Shown here in pieces: positions 9,671-18,757 of a stretch of DNA of 64,000 bases. Made by a program: the position numbers and the translations under genes. The notes beneath the pieces are model-generated. The model worked only from the letters and a program-made list of their open reading frames with translations. It did not search any database and was not told where the DNA came from. Location of the stretch: positions 827 to 64,826 of the forward strand of contig JANOBO010000155.1 in the NCBI GenBank assembly GCA_031411695.1, written 5' to 3'. Within the stretch, counting starts at the first letter, position 1; each line of letters starts with the position of its first letter. The DNA is from Verrucomicrobiaceae bacterium. GTDB lineage: Bacteria > Verrucomicrobiota > Verrucomicrobiia > Verrucomicrobiales > Verrucomicrobiaceae.

Positions 9671-9922
9671 TCAAGCTATCGCCAGCTTACGCTGGCCATA
9701 TCTTCCCTCAAGAATTCCACGAATCGACAGATCCTCATCAAGGTCGGGCCAATGCAATCCGAAAGGCGAAAGCTCGATGTGCTTAAGCTTCTCCACGGCT
9801 TTGCCCTCGAGACGCAGATTGCCTCGAATGGGAAAGCTAAAGTCCAATCCGTTCTGCATCCGAACGAGTACACGGCCACGGCTATAGGAGGCGCTGATGG
9901 GTTGATCAACCAAGGTGTTCAT
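9671..9922 (-). CDS. DUF2442 domain protein (small TA-like partner of DUF4160)
   Basis: 83-aa ORF ending in '...IELSPFGLHWPDLDEDLSIRGILEG', the DUF2442 signature as I remember it. Its ATG overlaps the end of the upstream DUF4160-like reading frame. Confidence 0.75.
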   Translation of the reverse strand: MNTLVDQPISASYSRGRVLVRMQNGLDFSFPIRGNLRLEGKAVEKLKHIELSPFGLHWPDLDEDLSIRGILEGRYGQRKLAIA

Positions 9923-10139
9923 TCCACTTTTGAATTATCAGTTTCAGATTCTCTTCGGCAAGACGTTTGCGCGGCGCTCAAGTCCTTCACTTTCATGCCG
10001 GCGGATTCGCGCAGTCAACTCCGCTCGCCACCTCAAACACAGCTTCACCCTTGCCTTTAAGAACGTGAACATGGGCCGGCTCGTGATCATTGCTGTAGAA
10101 GAAAAAACGAAATCCATTCTTGGTGAAGACATTCGGCAT
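9906..10139 (-). pseudogene. DUF4160-like gene disrupted by two compensating frameshifts (three in-frame TGA)
   Basis: Hand translation from ATG 10139 gives MPNVFTKNGFRFFFYSNDHEPAHVHVLKGKGEAVFEVASGVDCANPPA*, with the stop at 9993-9995. The same frame resumes after TGA..TGA..TGA as APRKRLAEENLKLIIQKWNEHLG*. The middle reads sensibly only in another frame (GMKVKDLSAAQTS). The total length of 234 nt is a multiple of 3. Confidence 0.55.
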
Positions 10140-10160
10140 GACCTGTTTTCGTGAGTTGGC

Positions 10161-11162
10161 TCACACCCGCTTCTTCCCGCCAAGCAGCACTGCCTTCTGC
10201 TCCTGAATCTTCGCGTCCGCACCTTCGATCAGCGGGTCGAACATGGGGATCTCCTTCGCGTTCTGCCCCTGCTCATGTTTTCGGAAACCGAACAGATACG
10301 TCTCGTTTGTCGGCCGCCAGCGGTGGAAGAACAGCTCGTCCTTGCGCATCACCAGCCGGCGCAGCCCTTCCAGCTCGGCTGCGGCGGCGGCGGGCTTTTC
10401 CAAATTGACCCCTTCGAGCAGCTTCGCCGCCATCATCTGATAGCCCGCCTCGGTGTGATGCACGCCGTTCTCCGTCAGCGGCTTCGTCGTGCGGCCCGGT
10501 TTCGGCATCCCGCCCATCAGCGTAAAGAGATCGACAAAGTGGCAGTGCTGCATCGCCGCAAATTTTTTCAGGGCGTCGGCCAGGCTCGCCAGCGTCTTGT
10601 TCGCATCGGTCTGGTCCGGCAGCGGCGGGGCCAGGTTTTCCAGCGGCGGCGGCGAGAGGAGGGCGATGCGCACGCCGGGCGATTTCTCGCGGATCAGGTC
10701 GAGCAGCTTGCGATAGCCGCTCAAGAACTCCGGCAGCCCCGCGAGCCGCTCGAAGGCCATCTCGCTCCCGTAGCACAAGATCACCACGGTCGGCTTCAAC
10801 AGTTCCAGATGTTTCGTCAGCCGCTCGATGCCTTCCTCCGGGGGACCAAAGTAGGAGCGCGCCGTGCCAAACACCGTGTCGCCGCTCCAGCCAAGATTGC
10901 GCACCGTCACTTTTTTCTCGCCGAGAGACAAAGCCAGCGAGGTCTCGAAGAAGCCGTGGCGCTGCTCGCGCTCGATGACCGTATTGCCCAGCAGCACTAG
11001 GCGGTCGCCGTCCTTGAACTCAAAGCCGGCCGCCGCCTGCGAGGCGGCCGCGCCGTCCTGCTGGGCGTGGATTATCGATGCGGAGAGTCCGAGTGCGACG
11101 GAGATGCTCCATGCGAGGGCGCTGAATTTCATGCGCGCGCAATCTGAGCGCCGCCCCGGCAA
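10161..11162 (-). CDS. SGNH/GDSL-type hydrolase, secreted
   Basis: 333-aa ORF. A likelier start is ATG 11132 (MKFSALAWSISVALGLSASIIHA, signal peptide). Motifs 'LVLLGNTVIE', 'NLGWSGDTV' and 'VVILCYGSEMAFE' are consistent with a GDSL-like lipase/acylhydrolase. Confidence 0.8.
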   Translation of the reverse strand: MPGRRSDCARMKFSALAWSISVALGLSASIIHAQQDGAAASQAAAGFEFKDGDRLVLLGNTVIEREQRHGFFETSLALSLGEKKVTVRNLGWSGDTVFGTARSYFGPPEEGIERLTKHLELLKPTVVILCYGSEMAFERLAGLPEFLSGYRKLLDLIREKSPGVRIALLSPPPLENLAPPLPDQTDANKTLASLADALKKFAAMQHCHFVDLFTLMGGMPKPGRTTKPLTENGVHHTEAGYQMMAAKLLEGVNLEKPAAAAAELEGLRRLVMRKDELFFHRWRPTNETYLFGFRKHEQGQNAKEIPMFDPLIEGADAKIQEQKAVLLGGKKRV

Positions 11163-11174
11163 TGTCCAGCGCGC

Positions 11175-12098
11175 TCACCGCTTTTTCCGCAGCACCACGA
11201 CGATGTCCGCATACTCATCATCGAGCGCGCGCGCTGACGCGGGATTGCAGGTGAAGTCATGGCACGCCACGATCTCGAGTTCGGGCGCGGCCGTCTTGAT
11301 GAGCCGCCGCAATTGCGCCGCATCGTACGTGCGGTAATCCCACAGCGTCTCCTGCCTGCACGTGCGGCCCTTGTGCGTGATCTCCAGCCGCGTGCGGAGC
11401 TTCTCGATCCGCGCGCGCCGGTCCGCCGGCCAGGTGCGTGTGTTGCACACCACGTGCACGCCCTTGCGGTCCATGACCCAGCGCTCGTGCTCGCAACTCG
11501 TGCGCGCGTAATCGGTGAGATGCAGCCCGAGCACGAAGACGCCGCCCGGGCGCAGCGCGCGCGTCACGCGCTGGAAAAAGGATGCCGCATCCTTCTCCGT
11601 CAGCAGGTAGCGGAAGGTGTTAATCAGGCAGTGTGCAAGATCGAATCGCGCACCGCCCGGCACCTCGAAGCTCTGCATCCAGTCTTCCCACAATCGTGCC
11701 TTCAGCGCTGACGAAGTCTTCGAAAGTAGTCCAGTCACTCCGTTACTGGTGTCTTCCGTATCGCGCAGCCTCCTCGTCGCGCTCGTTCGGCTCCAGTCCC
11801 GGGGTGACTCGGCTGCTTTCCGCGGCCGCGTCCGTCCTGCCTTCGATAGCCGCTCCCGCGCAAAATCCAGCATCTTCGCGCTGCCATCAAAGCCGCTCAC
11901 ACTCCAGCCGCGGCGCGCCATCTCCATCACCAGCCGGCCGCTGCCGCACGCCGGCTCCAGCACGCGGCGCGTTTTCCCGGCAGTCGCAAACATCGCGAAC
12001 ACATGCTCCAGCAAGTCCGCCTCCTTCCGCGTGTCGGCGTCATAGATGATGTCGTAGTACAAAGGCGTGTCGTACCAATCGCGCGCTTCCTGCTGCAT
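11175..12098 (-). CDS. Class I SAM-dependent methyltransferase carrying an in-frame repeat-derived insertion
   Basis: It has motif I 'VLEPACGSGRLVMEMARRG' and post-I 'VSGFDGSAKMLDFARERL'. A ~40-aa low-complexity insertion follows (TRPRKAAESPRDWSRTSATRRLRDTEDTSNGVTGLLSKTSS), encoded by repeat 11723..11825. After it comes 'ARFDLAHCLINTFRYL'. Confidence 0.85.
   Translation of the reverse strand: MQQEARDWYDTPLYYDIIYDADTRKEADLLEHVFAMFATAGKTRRVLEPACGSGRLVMEMARRGWSVSGFDGSAKMLDFARERLSKAGRTRPRKAAESPRDWSRTSATRRLRDTEDTSNGVTGLLSKTSSALKARLWEDWMQSFEVPGGARFDLAHCLINTFRYLLTEKDAASFFQRVTRALRPGGVFVLGLHLTDYARTSCEHERWVMDRKGVHVVCNTRTWPADRRARIEKLRTRLEITHKGRTCRQETLWDYRTYDAAQLRRLIKTAAPELEIVACHDFTCNPASARALDDEYADIVVVLRKKR
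11723..11825. repeat. Degenerate copy of the GTAG-type palindromic element (family 2) inside the methyltransferase ORF
   Basis: AAAGTAGTCCAGTCACTCCGTTACTGGTGT matches 33616-33645 at 28/30 positions. CGGCTCCAGTCCC matches at 13/13. The central spacer is the same 35-nt length, and the right end is eroded. Confidence 0.75.
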
Positions 12099-12159
12099 GG
12101 CGCCGATGCTAATTCTCCCGCTCCGCGTGCGCGACTAACAAAACGCTGATCGCGTCCGT

Positions 12160-13995
12160 TTGCCCGACATGCGCGCGCTCCTTGCATCTCTCTCCCTCAT
12201 CACATGGCTGCCCTCGTGCACCAAGGCCGCGCCGCTCCCTGTTTCTGAAAACAAACTCAGCACGTACACCTCTGAGATCGACCGTCAGCTCACCGAGATC
12301 GAGCACCAACGCGAAGCGCAGGATGCGAAATACAACCGGCCTCAGCGCAATCTCCTGCTCGAGGACGCGACCGACGCCGTCTTCCTGCGCCGCGCTTTTC
12401 TCGACACCATCGGCCGCATCCCCACTGCCGATGAGGCGCGCGCGTTTCTCGCGGACACGACGGCAAACAAACGGCCAAGGCTCATCGACAAACTGCTCGC
12501 AGATCCCGCGTGGGCGCAGCAGCGGTTTCAGCAGCTCGCCAGTCCCTTCCGCGTACAGACCGAGGTGCTCGGCGCCACGCAGAAGCCGTATCTCGAGTGG
12601 TTGCGCGCCGCTGCGGAGAAGAACATGCCGTTCGATGAACTCGCCCGCACACTGCTCACCGCCAGCGGCAGTTTGAACACCCATCCCGCCACCGGCTATC
12701 TCCTGCGCGATCACGGCTGGATGCTCGCCACCGCCACCGAGAGCGCGTGGATCTTCCTCGGCGCTGATCTCGTCTGCGCGCACTGCCACGATCACCCGTT
12801 TACCGACTGGACGCAGATGCAGGTCTATCAGCTCGCGGCGTGCTTCAGTGGCACGAGAATCACCATCGGGCCGTCAAAATCACCTGCGACCTTGCGCCCT
12901 AGCAAAACACCGCCGCCCGCCGTCGGCAAGGAACTCTGGCCCACCAGCACCGCGCAACAGCGCACGCTGCGCGAAAATAACCTCGGTGCCGACGAGCAGC
13001 TCGAGATCAACGACATGCGCGACGGCGCGGTTTTGATCCCGCACGATTACAAATACATCAACGCCAAGCCCGGTGACCGCGTTGCCCCTGACGTTCTCGC
13101 CTTCACGAAACAAGAAGGCAGCAACGCGATCCGCGAGCGCATCCGCATTGGGCCCGGCGATGGACTCAACTTGCGCGGCGACCTTGCCGAGTGGCTGGTC
13201 ACGCACGAGCGTTTTGCACAGACCTTTGCGTTTCGTGCTTGGACACATCTGTTTGTCGAGCCGCGACCGCAGACGGGGCTGGAGCCGCCGGAAGATTCTA
13301 TCAGCATCGCCGCCGCCGAGCGCACCGGCATGACGAACATGCTGTGCAACGGCGGCTGCGGCTCCGGTCCGACTCAGCAACGGTGGAGTGAGCTCATCCA
13401 TCCGAACGACGTTGCGGGGCAGAAGCTCAACCGCCTCCTCGGCAGCATCGCACGCGAGACGCACTTCGATGCGCGCGAGATGCAGCGCATCCTCATGAAC
13501 ACGCAGGCCTATCAGCGCGCCGCCATCACGCGGCCGCTGGGTGACGCCCTCGTGTTTCTGCCCGCGCCGCTGCTGCGCCGGCTCAGCCCGGATCAGATGT
13601 GGGACTCGCTCGTCGCGCTCGGCGGCGAGGCCGCTCTCGATCGAGGCCTTGCAGAAGAAATGCGCTTCACCCGCGATCTTCCGCAAACACTCTCCGCCGC
13701 GCACTCGTTGCGCCTCCTCGGCCGCAGCGCACGCGAGTGGCCGGACGATGATGTGCCTGCGATCTCCTTCGGCCTCACGCGCTGGATGATCAACGGCCAG
13801 CCTGTCGAGCGTGCTGCGAATGCCTCGGGCCGCGCCATGAAAAAGCTCGACGATTTATTCCTCAGCATCCTCGCCCGTCCCCCGTCGCAAACCGAGCGCG
13901 CCGCCGCCGAGAAGCATCTCGTCACTGAAGCAAACGACCTGCCGTCTGTCGCGTGGGCCTTGCTGAACACGGGAGAGTTTTTGTTTGTGCAGTGA
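12160..13995 (+). CDS. DUF1549/DUF1553 (PSCyt2/PSD1) domain protein
   Basis: 611 aa with a signal peptide. Motifs are 'FLRRAFLDTIGRIPTADEARAFL...LIDKLLADPAW' (DUF1549-like) and 'CAHCHDHPFTDWTQMQVYQLAACF' (DUF1553-like). There is no adjacent DUF1501 partner. Confidence 0.88.
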   Translation: MPDMRALLASLSLITWLPSCTKAAPLPVSENKLSTYTSEIDRQLTEIEHQREAQDAKYNRPQRNLLLEDATDAVFLRRAFLDTIGRIPTADEARAFLADTTANKRPRLIDKLLADPAWAQQRFQQLASPFRVQTEVLGATQKPYLEWLRAAAEKNMPFDELARTLLTASGSLNTHPATGYLLRDHGWMLATATESAWIFLGADLVCAHCHDHPFTDWTQMQVYQLAACFSGTRITIGPSKSPATLRPSKTPPPAVGKELWPTSTAQQRTLRENNLGADEQLEINDMRDGAVLIPHDYKYINAKPGDRVAPDVLAFTKQEGSNAIRERIRIGPGDGLNLRGDLAEWLVTHERFAQTFAFRAWTHLFVEPRPQTGLEPPEDSISIAAAERTGMTNMLCNGGCGSGPTQQRWSELIHPNDVAGQKLNRLLGSIARETHFDAREMQRILMNTQAYQRAAITRPLGDALVFLPAPLLRRLSPDQMWDSLVALGGEAALDRGLAEEMRFTRDLPQTLSAAHSLRLLGRSAREWPDDDVPAISFGLTRWMINGQPVERAANASGRAMKKLDDLFLSILARPPSQTERAAAEKHLVTEANDLPSVAWALLNTGEFLFVQ

Positions 13996-14098
13996 GGGCC
14001 GGGGGATTGCCCTCCTGGAAGACGCAGGGCGCGCACGGCTCAAGGGCACTGGCGGGAGGCACGGCCACCGGCGCGGGTGAACTCTGATCCGGGCGGCC

Positions 14099-15649
14099 TC
14101 AGCGCCGCCACTGGTACATCCAGCGCTCGGAGATGGCGCGGGTGTCTTGTTTGAGTTCGCAGGAGAGTTCCAGGAGATGGGTCTTCTCGGGGATGTCGAG
14201 CTTGAAGAAGGCGCGCCAGCCGCCGGTCTCTGGGTTGGCCATGACGCGCTTGTCCGCGACCTTCGCATCGCCGGCGGCGATGGTGACGTCGATGCCGGGT
14301 ATCCAATCCTTCGGTGGCGGCGGGGTGATGTTTCCTTTGGCGAAATCGATGACGTAAAGGTGGTCGTCTGATTTCATTGCGAGCCCGCGGCGGGTGGCGA
14401 TGACGCGCGAGAGGGTGCCGGGGAAATGTTCCTCAAGCCAGGAGAGACGGTACTCGAAGCTGAGCGGCTCGGCGGGGCTGGCGGGGATTTTTTCAGGCTG
14501 GAAAAAGGTGACGACGTTATCCCATGTCTCCTCGCCGGTGGGGATCTCGATGAGTGTGACCGAGCCTTTGTCGAAGCCGCGGATGGGCTCCACCCAGACG
14601 GCGGGGCGGCGATGATACACGGCTTCGAGATCCTGGAAGTTCTTGAAGTCGCGGTCGCGCTCGGCAAGGCCAAAGCCCTTGAGCTTGTCGGCCTTCATGA
14701 TGCTGAGGCGGAGATCCTTGCTGACATCGAGCGGGCGCCAGATGGCGGGGCCGTCTTCGATCTCGATTTGCAGGCCGTCGGAATCGTGGACCTCGGGGCG
14801 GAAGTCATCAGGCTTCGGGTGGGAGTTCTCGCCGTACCAAAACATGCTGGAGAAGGGGGCGATGCCGAGCGTCTTCACGGGCCGCCGCATGTAGAGGGTG
14901 CCTTTGACGAACATCTCGGTGGTCTTCCCGGGCATGGCGTCAAAGGAGTAGGCGCCGGTGACGCTGGGGCCGTCGAGCAGGGCGTGGACCTTGAAGAATT
15001 TATCGCCGGGCGCGGGCTTCTGAAACCAGAAGTGGGTGAAGTCGGGGAACTCCTCGGGCTCACCGCCGATGGTGTTGATGGCGACGCCGCGCGCGGAGAC
15101 GCCGAGGCCGAGCTCGGTGGTGCAGGCACGGTAGTAGCTGGCGCCCATGAAGACCATGAACTCGAAGCGGCGGCCGAGCAGGGCGTTCGGCGCCATGACA
15201 CGGAAGCCGGTAAAGCCGGTGGGGTAGCGCACATCGGGCGGCAGCGGCAGATCGTGATAATTGAATAACGCGGGATCAAATGGGATGGGCTTTGCGATGC
15301 CAGCGGCGCCGAGATCGAAGAAGCTGACCGTCTTCTTGAACATCCAGCCGGGATGGAAGAAATCGAGCTGGTAGGTGGTGCCGTCCGGGCCGTAAAGCGA
15401 GTGCTCCTCACGGAAGCGGATCTTGCGGTGGCCGTCGTACTCAAGCTTGTCGAAGAAGGGATGGAGCGCGGAGGACGGGGCGACGTAGGGCTTCAACGCG
15501 AGGGCGGCGGCGTATGTATCGAGCGTGGCGAAATCACACACGTCCTTGAGTTCCACGCCGCGCGCGTGCCCGGCCACTACGGCGAGGAGTGCAAGGCGGA
15601 TAGCGCGCGCTAGGGTGCGACGAAAAGATCTGAGGAATGGGCTGAACAT
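14099..15649 (-). CDS. opgG: Periplasmic glucan biosynthesis protein OpgG/MdoG family
   Basis: The ORF track gives 14099..15814. I prefer ATG 15649 (MFSPFLRSFRRTLARAIRLALLAVVAGHA, signal peptide) because the longer form overlaps cysN. Motifs 'YQLDFFHPGWMFKK', 'FMVFMGASYYRA' and 'FSSMFWYGENSHP' are typical of MdoG/MdoD. Confidence 0.88.
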   Translation of the reverse strand: MFSPFLRSFRRTLARAIRLALLAVVAGHARGVELKDVCDFATLDTYAAALALKPYVAPSSALHPFFDKLEYDGHRKIRFREEHSLYGPDGTTYQLDFFHPGWMFKKTVSFFDLGAAGIAKPIPFDPALFNYHDLPLPPDVRYPTGFTGFRVMAPNALLGRRFEFMVFMGASYYRACTTELGLGVSARGVAINTIGGEPEEFPDFTHFWFQKPAPGDKFFKVHALLDGPSVTGAYSFDAMPGKTTEMFVKGTLYMRRPVKTLGIAPFSSMFWYGENSHPKPDDFRPEVHDSDGLQIEIEDGPAIWRPLDVSKDLRLSIMKADKLKGFGLAERDRDFKNFQDLEAVYHRRPAVWVEPIRGFDKGSVTLIEIPTGEETWDNVVTFFQPEKIPASPAEPLSFEYRLSWLEEHFPGTLSRVIATRRGLAMKSDDHLYVIDFAKGNITPPPPKDWIPGIDVTIAAGDAKVADKRVMANPETGGWRAFFKLDIPEKTHLLELSCELKQDTRAISERWMYQWRR

Positions 15650-15810
15650 GGGGTGCGGGAAGGTGCTATGGAGACGAAGGGAGTCAACCCGCCGGAGCGT
15701 GCGCCGGGGGCGTTGATGCGAGGCTGAGACTGATCGGGCAGTGAAGCGGATCGGATGCCACTGCCGCACGAATCGCGCCGGCGGCATCTTTTGCTCCGCG
15801 AGGCGATGCA

Positions 15811-17127
15811 TCAAATGGCGAACTCGGCGTCCTCCTCGACCGGAGCCGGGACGGGCCCGATGATCATGCCGGCGGCGACGGTGTTATTCGTCTGCTCGTC
15901 GATGAGGACAAAGCTGCCGGTGATGCGGTTCTTCGCATATGGATCGAAAAACAGCGGCTGGGAGCAGTGGATGCGGATGCAGCCGATCTCGTTCATGGAG
16001 AACTCAGGATTGTCGCGCTGTTTTTCCAGCGTGGAGATATCGACCTTGTAGCGCACGTCGGAGATGACGGCGCGCACCTCGCGCGTGGTGTGGCGCAGGT
16101 AGTAGCGGCCGCGCGGCTTCATTTTCTTTTCGGTGAACCAGCAGATCATGGCCTCGATCTCCTGGCTCGACTGCGGCGGATGGTCCGACTTTGCGATGAG
16201 GTCCCCGCGGCTGATGTCGATCTCGTCGGCGACGGTGAAGGAATAGGAGAGCGTCGGCTCGGTCTCCTCCTTGTCGCCATCAGCGGTGTGGATGGCGGTG
16301 ATCTTTGTCTTCAAATTCGCTGGATACGCGATGACTTCGTCACCGACACGAAACGTGCCGCTGGCGACACGACCGGCGTAGCCACGGAAATCGTGATATT
16401 GCTCCGACATCGGGCGGATGACCCATTGAACAGGGAAGCGGGACTCGTGGTGCGTCTCGCCCAGGTTCACCTGCACCGTTTCAAGATGCTCGAGAAACAC
16501 CGGGCCGGTGTACCAGGGCATGTGCTCGGAGCGATCCACGACATTGTCACCATTCAGCGCGCTCATGGGTATGCAGGTGATGGAGAGCGGATTGTCGAGC
16601 CCGGCGGCAAATGCGAGATACTCGCTGACGATGGAGTCATAGACGGCCTGGTCGTAATCGACGAGATCCATCTTGTTCACGGCGAGCACGACGTGACTGA
16701 TGCGCAGCAAGCTGGCGAGATAGGAGTGCCGCTTCGTCTGCTCGATCACGCCCTGGCGCGCATCGACAAGGATGATAGCGAGGTCGGCGGTCGAAGCTCC
16801 CGTGACCATGTTCCGCGTGTATTGCACATGCCCCGGTGTGTCGGCGATGATGAACTTCCGCTTCGGCGTGGCGAAGTAGCGGTAGGCCACATCAATCGTG
16901 ATCCCCTGCTCGCGCTCGGCGCGCAGGCCGTCGGTGAGCAGCGCCAGATTCACATGCGCATCACCGCGGCGCTTCGAGGATTCTTCAACGGCGAGAAGCT
17001 GGTCTTCAAAGATCGACTTCGAGTCGTAGAGCAGGCGGCCGATGAGCGTGCTCTTGCCATCATCGACGGAGCCGGCGGTGGTGAAGCGGAGGAGTGAGGA
17101 TTCGGAGGGGTTTACGAGGAGGTCCAT
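15811..17127 (-). CDS. cysN: Sulfate adenylyltransferase subunit 1 (GTPase), no fused APS-kinase domain
   Basis: 438 aa with 'RFTTAGSVDDGKSTLIGRLLYDSK', 'DTPGHVQYTRNM' and 'NKMDLV' (G1/G3/G4 boxes). The length fits CysN alone. Confidence 0.95.
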   Translation of the reverse strand: MDLLVNPSESSLLRFTTAGSVDDGKSTLIGRLLYDSKSIFEDQLLAVEESSKRRGDAHVNLALLTDGLRAEREQGITIDVAYRYFATPKRKFIIADTPGHVQYTRNMVTGASTADLAIILVDARQGVIEQTKRHSYLASLLRISHVVLAVNKMDLVDYDQAVYDSIVSEYLAFAAGLDNPLSITCIPMSALNGDNVVDRSEHMPWYTGPVFLEHLETVQVNLGETHHESRFPVQWVIRPMSEQYHDFRGYAGRVASGTFRVGDEVIAYPANLKTKITAIHTADGDKEETEPTLSYSFTVADEIDISRGDLIAKSDHPPQSSQEIEAMICWFTEKKMKPRGRYYLRHTTREVRAVISDVRYKVDISTLEKQRDNPEFSMNEIGCIRIHCSQPLFFDPYAKNRITGSFVLIDEQTNNTVAAGMIIGPVPAPVEEDAEFAI

Positions 17128-17172
17128 GGTGACTGGCTGCGATAGAGAATGAATGTGAAGCTCGAAGTGAGA

Positions 17173-17553
17173 TCAGGGTTTCTGATATGGCGCGATCACT
17201 TTTGCCAGCATCGGGAAGTGGCGGGTGTTCAAGGTCTTCAACGTTAGGTCGTAGCGCTCAGCGGTGGCGGCGATGAGGCAATCGTCTAGGCCGCTGCCGT
17301 GAGATAGCTTGAAAGCTTGGCGGAAAAGACCTCCGCTCACGGCGATTTCAATGTCCACATCAAGGACGACGAGCTCATCAACGAGCGCTTCGAGCGCCAT
17401 GCGTTCGTTGCCGTCACGCACGCCCTGGTAAAGCTCAGCAACGGTGATGACCGAGGTGTAGTTGTTGGGTCTGTCGCCGTCCAGCGCCAGCCTGGCCTCG
17501 GGCAACCCACGGAGATAGTCGATTAAAACATCGGTGTCGAAGATCGCTGCCAT
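17173..17553 (-). CDS. vapC: PIN-domain toxin (VapC-like)
   Basis: The start is taken at MAAIFDTDVLIDYL (ATG 17553). The acidic PIN residues are D(6)...E...D('GLDDCLIAATA')...'LNTRHF'. It lies 4 nt downstream of the antitoxin-like ORF. Confidence 0.8.
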   Translation of the reverse strand: MAAIFDTDVLIDYLRGLPEARLALDGDRPNNYTSVITVAELYQGVRDGNERMALEALVDELVVLDVDIEIAVSGGLFRQAFKLSHGSGLDDCLIAATAERYDLTLKTLNTRHFPMLAKVIAPYQKP

Positions 17554-17557
17554 GATT

Positions 17558-17791
17558 TTAGTAGCGGCTGCCCTGGTCGCGATCTTTGCGATAGTCGGGG
17601 ATGTCTGGATGGTTCTTCCACATGCCGAAGGCGGCATCCATGCGCTTGCGCCGACGTTCAACGCGGTCAAACACAACGTAGGCGGTTATGGCGTCGTGAA
17701 GAACTTTTTCTTTGTCGATGCCGAGGAAGGCCGCGACTTTTTCAAGCTCGGCAAACTCTTGTTCCGTGAGTTGTACTTCGGTTTTGATCAT
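17558..17791 (-). CDS. vapB: Small antitoxin-like protein (VapB-type partner)
   Basis: 77-aa ORF immediately upstream of the PIN gene on the same strand. It has an N-terminal 'MIKTEVQLTEQEFAELEKVAAFLGIDKEKVL' and a basic/acidic C-tail. The family assignment comes from context only. Confidence 0.6.
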   Translation of the reverse strand: MIKTEVQLTEQEFAELEKVAAFLGIDKEKVLHDAITAYVVFDRVERRRKRMDAAFGMWKNHPDIPDYRKDRDQGSRY

Positions 17792-17822
17792 GACGTGCGG
17801 AGATTAGCACAAGTGCCTCATT

Positions 17823-18728
17823 TTAGAAATACCCTTCCTTCTTCCGGTCCTCCATCGCGGTCTCGCTGCGCTTGTCATCGGCGCGGGTGCCGCGCTCGGT
17901 TTGCCTGGCGGCGGCGACTTCGGCGACGACTTCGTCAATGGTGCTGGCGGTGCTCTCGACCGCGCCCGTGCAAGTGGCATCGCCGACGGTGCGGAAGCGG
18001 ATGGTCATCTCCTTGACCTTGGATTTCTCTTCGTCGAGCAACTGGATGAAGCCGGTTTCGGCATCGAGAAGCTGGCCGTGGCGGTCAATGATCTTCCGCT
18101 GATGCGTGAAGTAGAGGCTGGGCAGCGGAATCTTCTCCTGGCGGATGTACTGCCACACGTCCATCTCGGTCCAGTTGCTGAGCGGGAAGACGCGGAAGTG
18201 CTCGCCGAACTGTTTGCGGCCATTGAAGATGTTCCAGAGTTCGGGACGCTGGTTCTTTGGATCCCATTGGCCGAACTGATCTCGGTGGGAGAAGAATCGT
18301 TCCTTGGCGCGCGCCTTCTCCTCGTCGCGCCGACCACCGCCCAGGCAGGCGTCGAACTGGTGTTCTTCGATGGTGTCTAGCAGGGTGACGGTCTGCAGTT
18401 TGTTGCGGCTGGCGTTGTGCCCTTTCTCTTCAGTGACGCGGCCTTCGGCGATGCTTTTCTCGACGCTGCCGACGACAAGATCGGCGTGGATCTCCTTCGC
18501 GAACCAATCGCGATAAGTCATGGCCTCGGGGAAATTATGTCCGGTGTCGATGTGAAGCAGCGGGAGCGGCAAGCGCGCGGGATGAAACGCCTTCCGCGCG
18601 AGCCAAGCCATGATGATGGAGTCCTTGCCGCCGGAAAAGAGCAACGCAGGCTTTTGAAACTGCGCGGCGGTTTCACGCAGAACGTAGATCGCCTCGGATT
18701 CCAGGTATTGAAGATGAGTGAGGGCCAT
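17823..18728 (-). CDS. cysD: Sulfate adenylyltransferase subunit 2
   Basis: This is the C-terminal 301 aa of track ORF 17823..19658, starting MALTHLQYLESEAIYVLRE (ATG 18728). 'LLFSGGKDS' (PP-loop), 'HIDTGHNFPE' and 'RFRTVGDATCTG' are present. Confidence 0.95.
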   Translation of the reverse strand: MALTHLQYLESEAIYVLRETAAQFQKPALLFSGGKDSIIMAWLARKAFHPARLPLPLLHIDTGHNFPEAMTYRDWFAKEIHADLVVGSVEKSIAEGRVTEEKGHNASRNKLQTVTLLDTIEEHQFDACLGGGRRDEEKARAKERFFSHRDQFGQWDPKNQRPELWNIFNGRKQFGEHFRVFPLSNWTEMDVWQYIRQEKIPLPSLYFTHQRKIIDRHGQLLDAETGFIQLLDEEKSKVKEMTIRFRTVGDATCTGAVESTASTIDEVVAEVAAARQTERGTRADDKRSETAMEDRKKEGYF

Positions 18729-18757
18729 GAGAAGAAAAAGTGGCGCGGAGGTTAGGT

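Noticed and set aside
9906-10139. Three in-frame TGA codons in the DUF4160-like gene as possible selenocysteine or stop-codon recoding.
   Set aside because: The three TGAs fall within 18 nt, and an alternative frame gives a sensible family-like peptide. This fits compensating frameshifts better. I noticed no SECIS-like structure.
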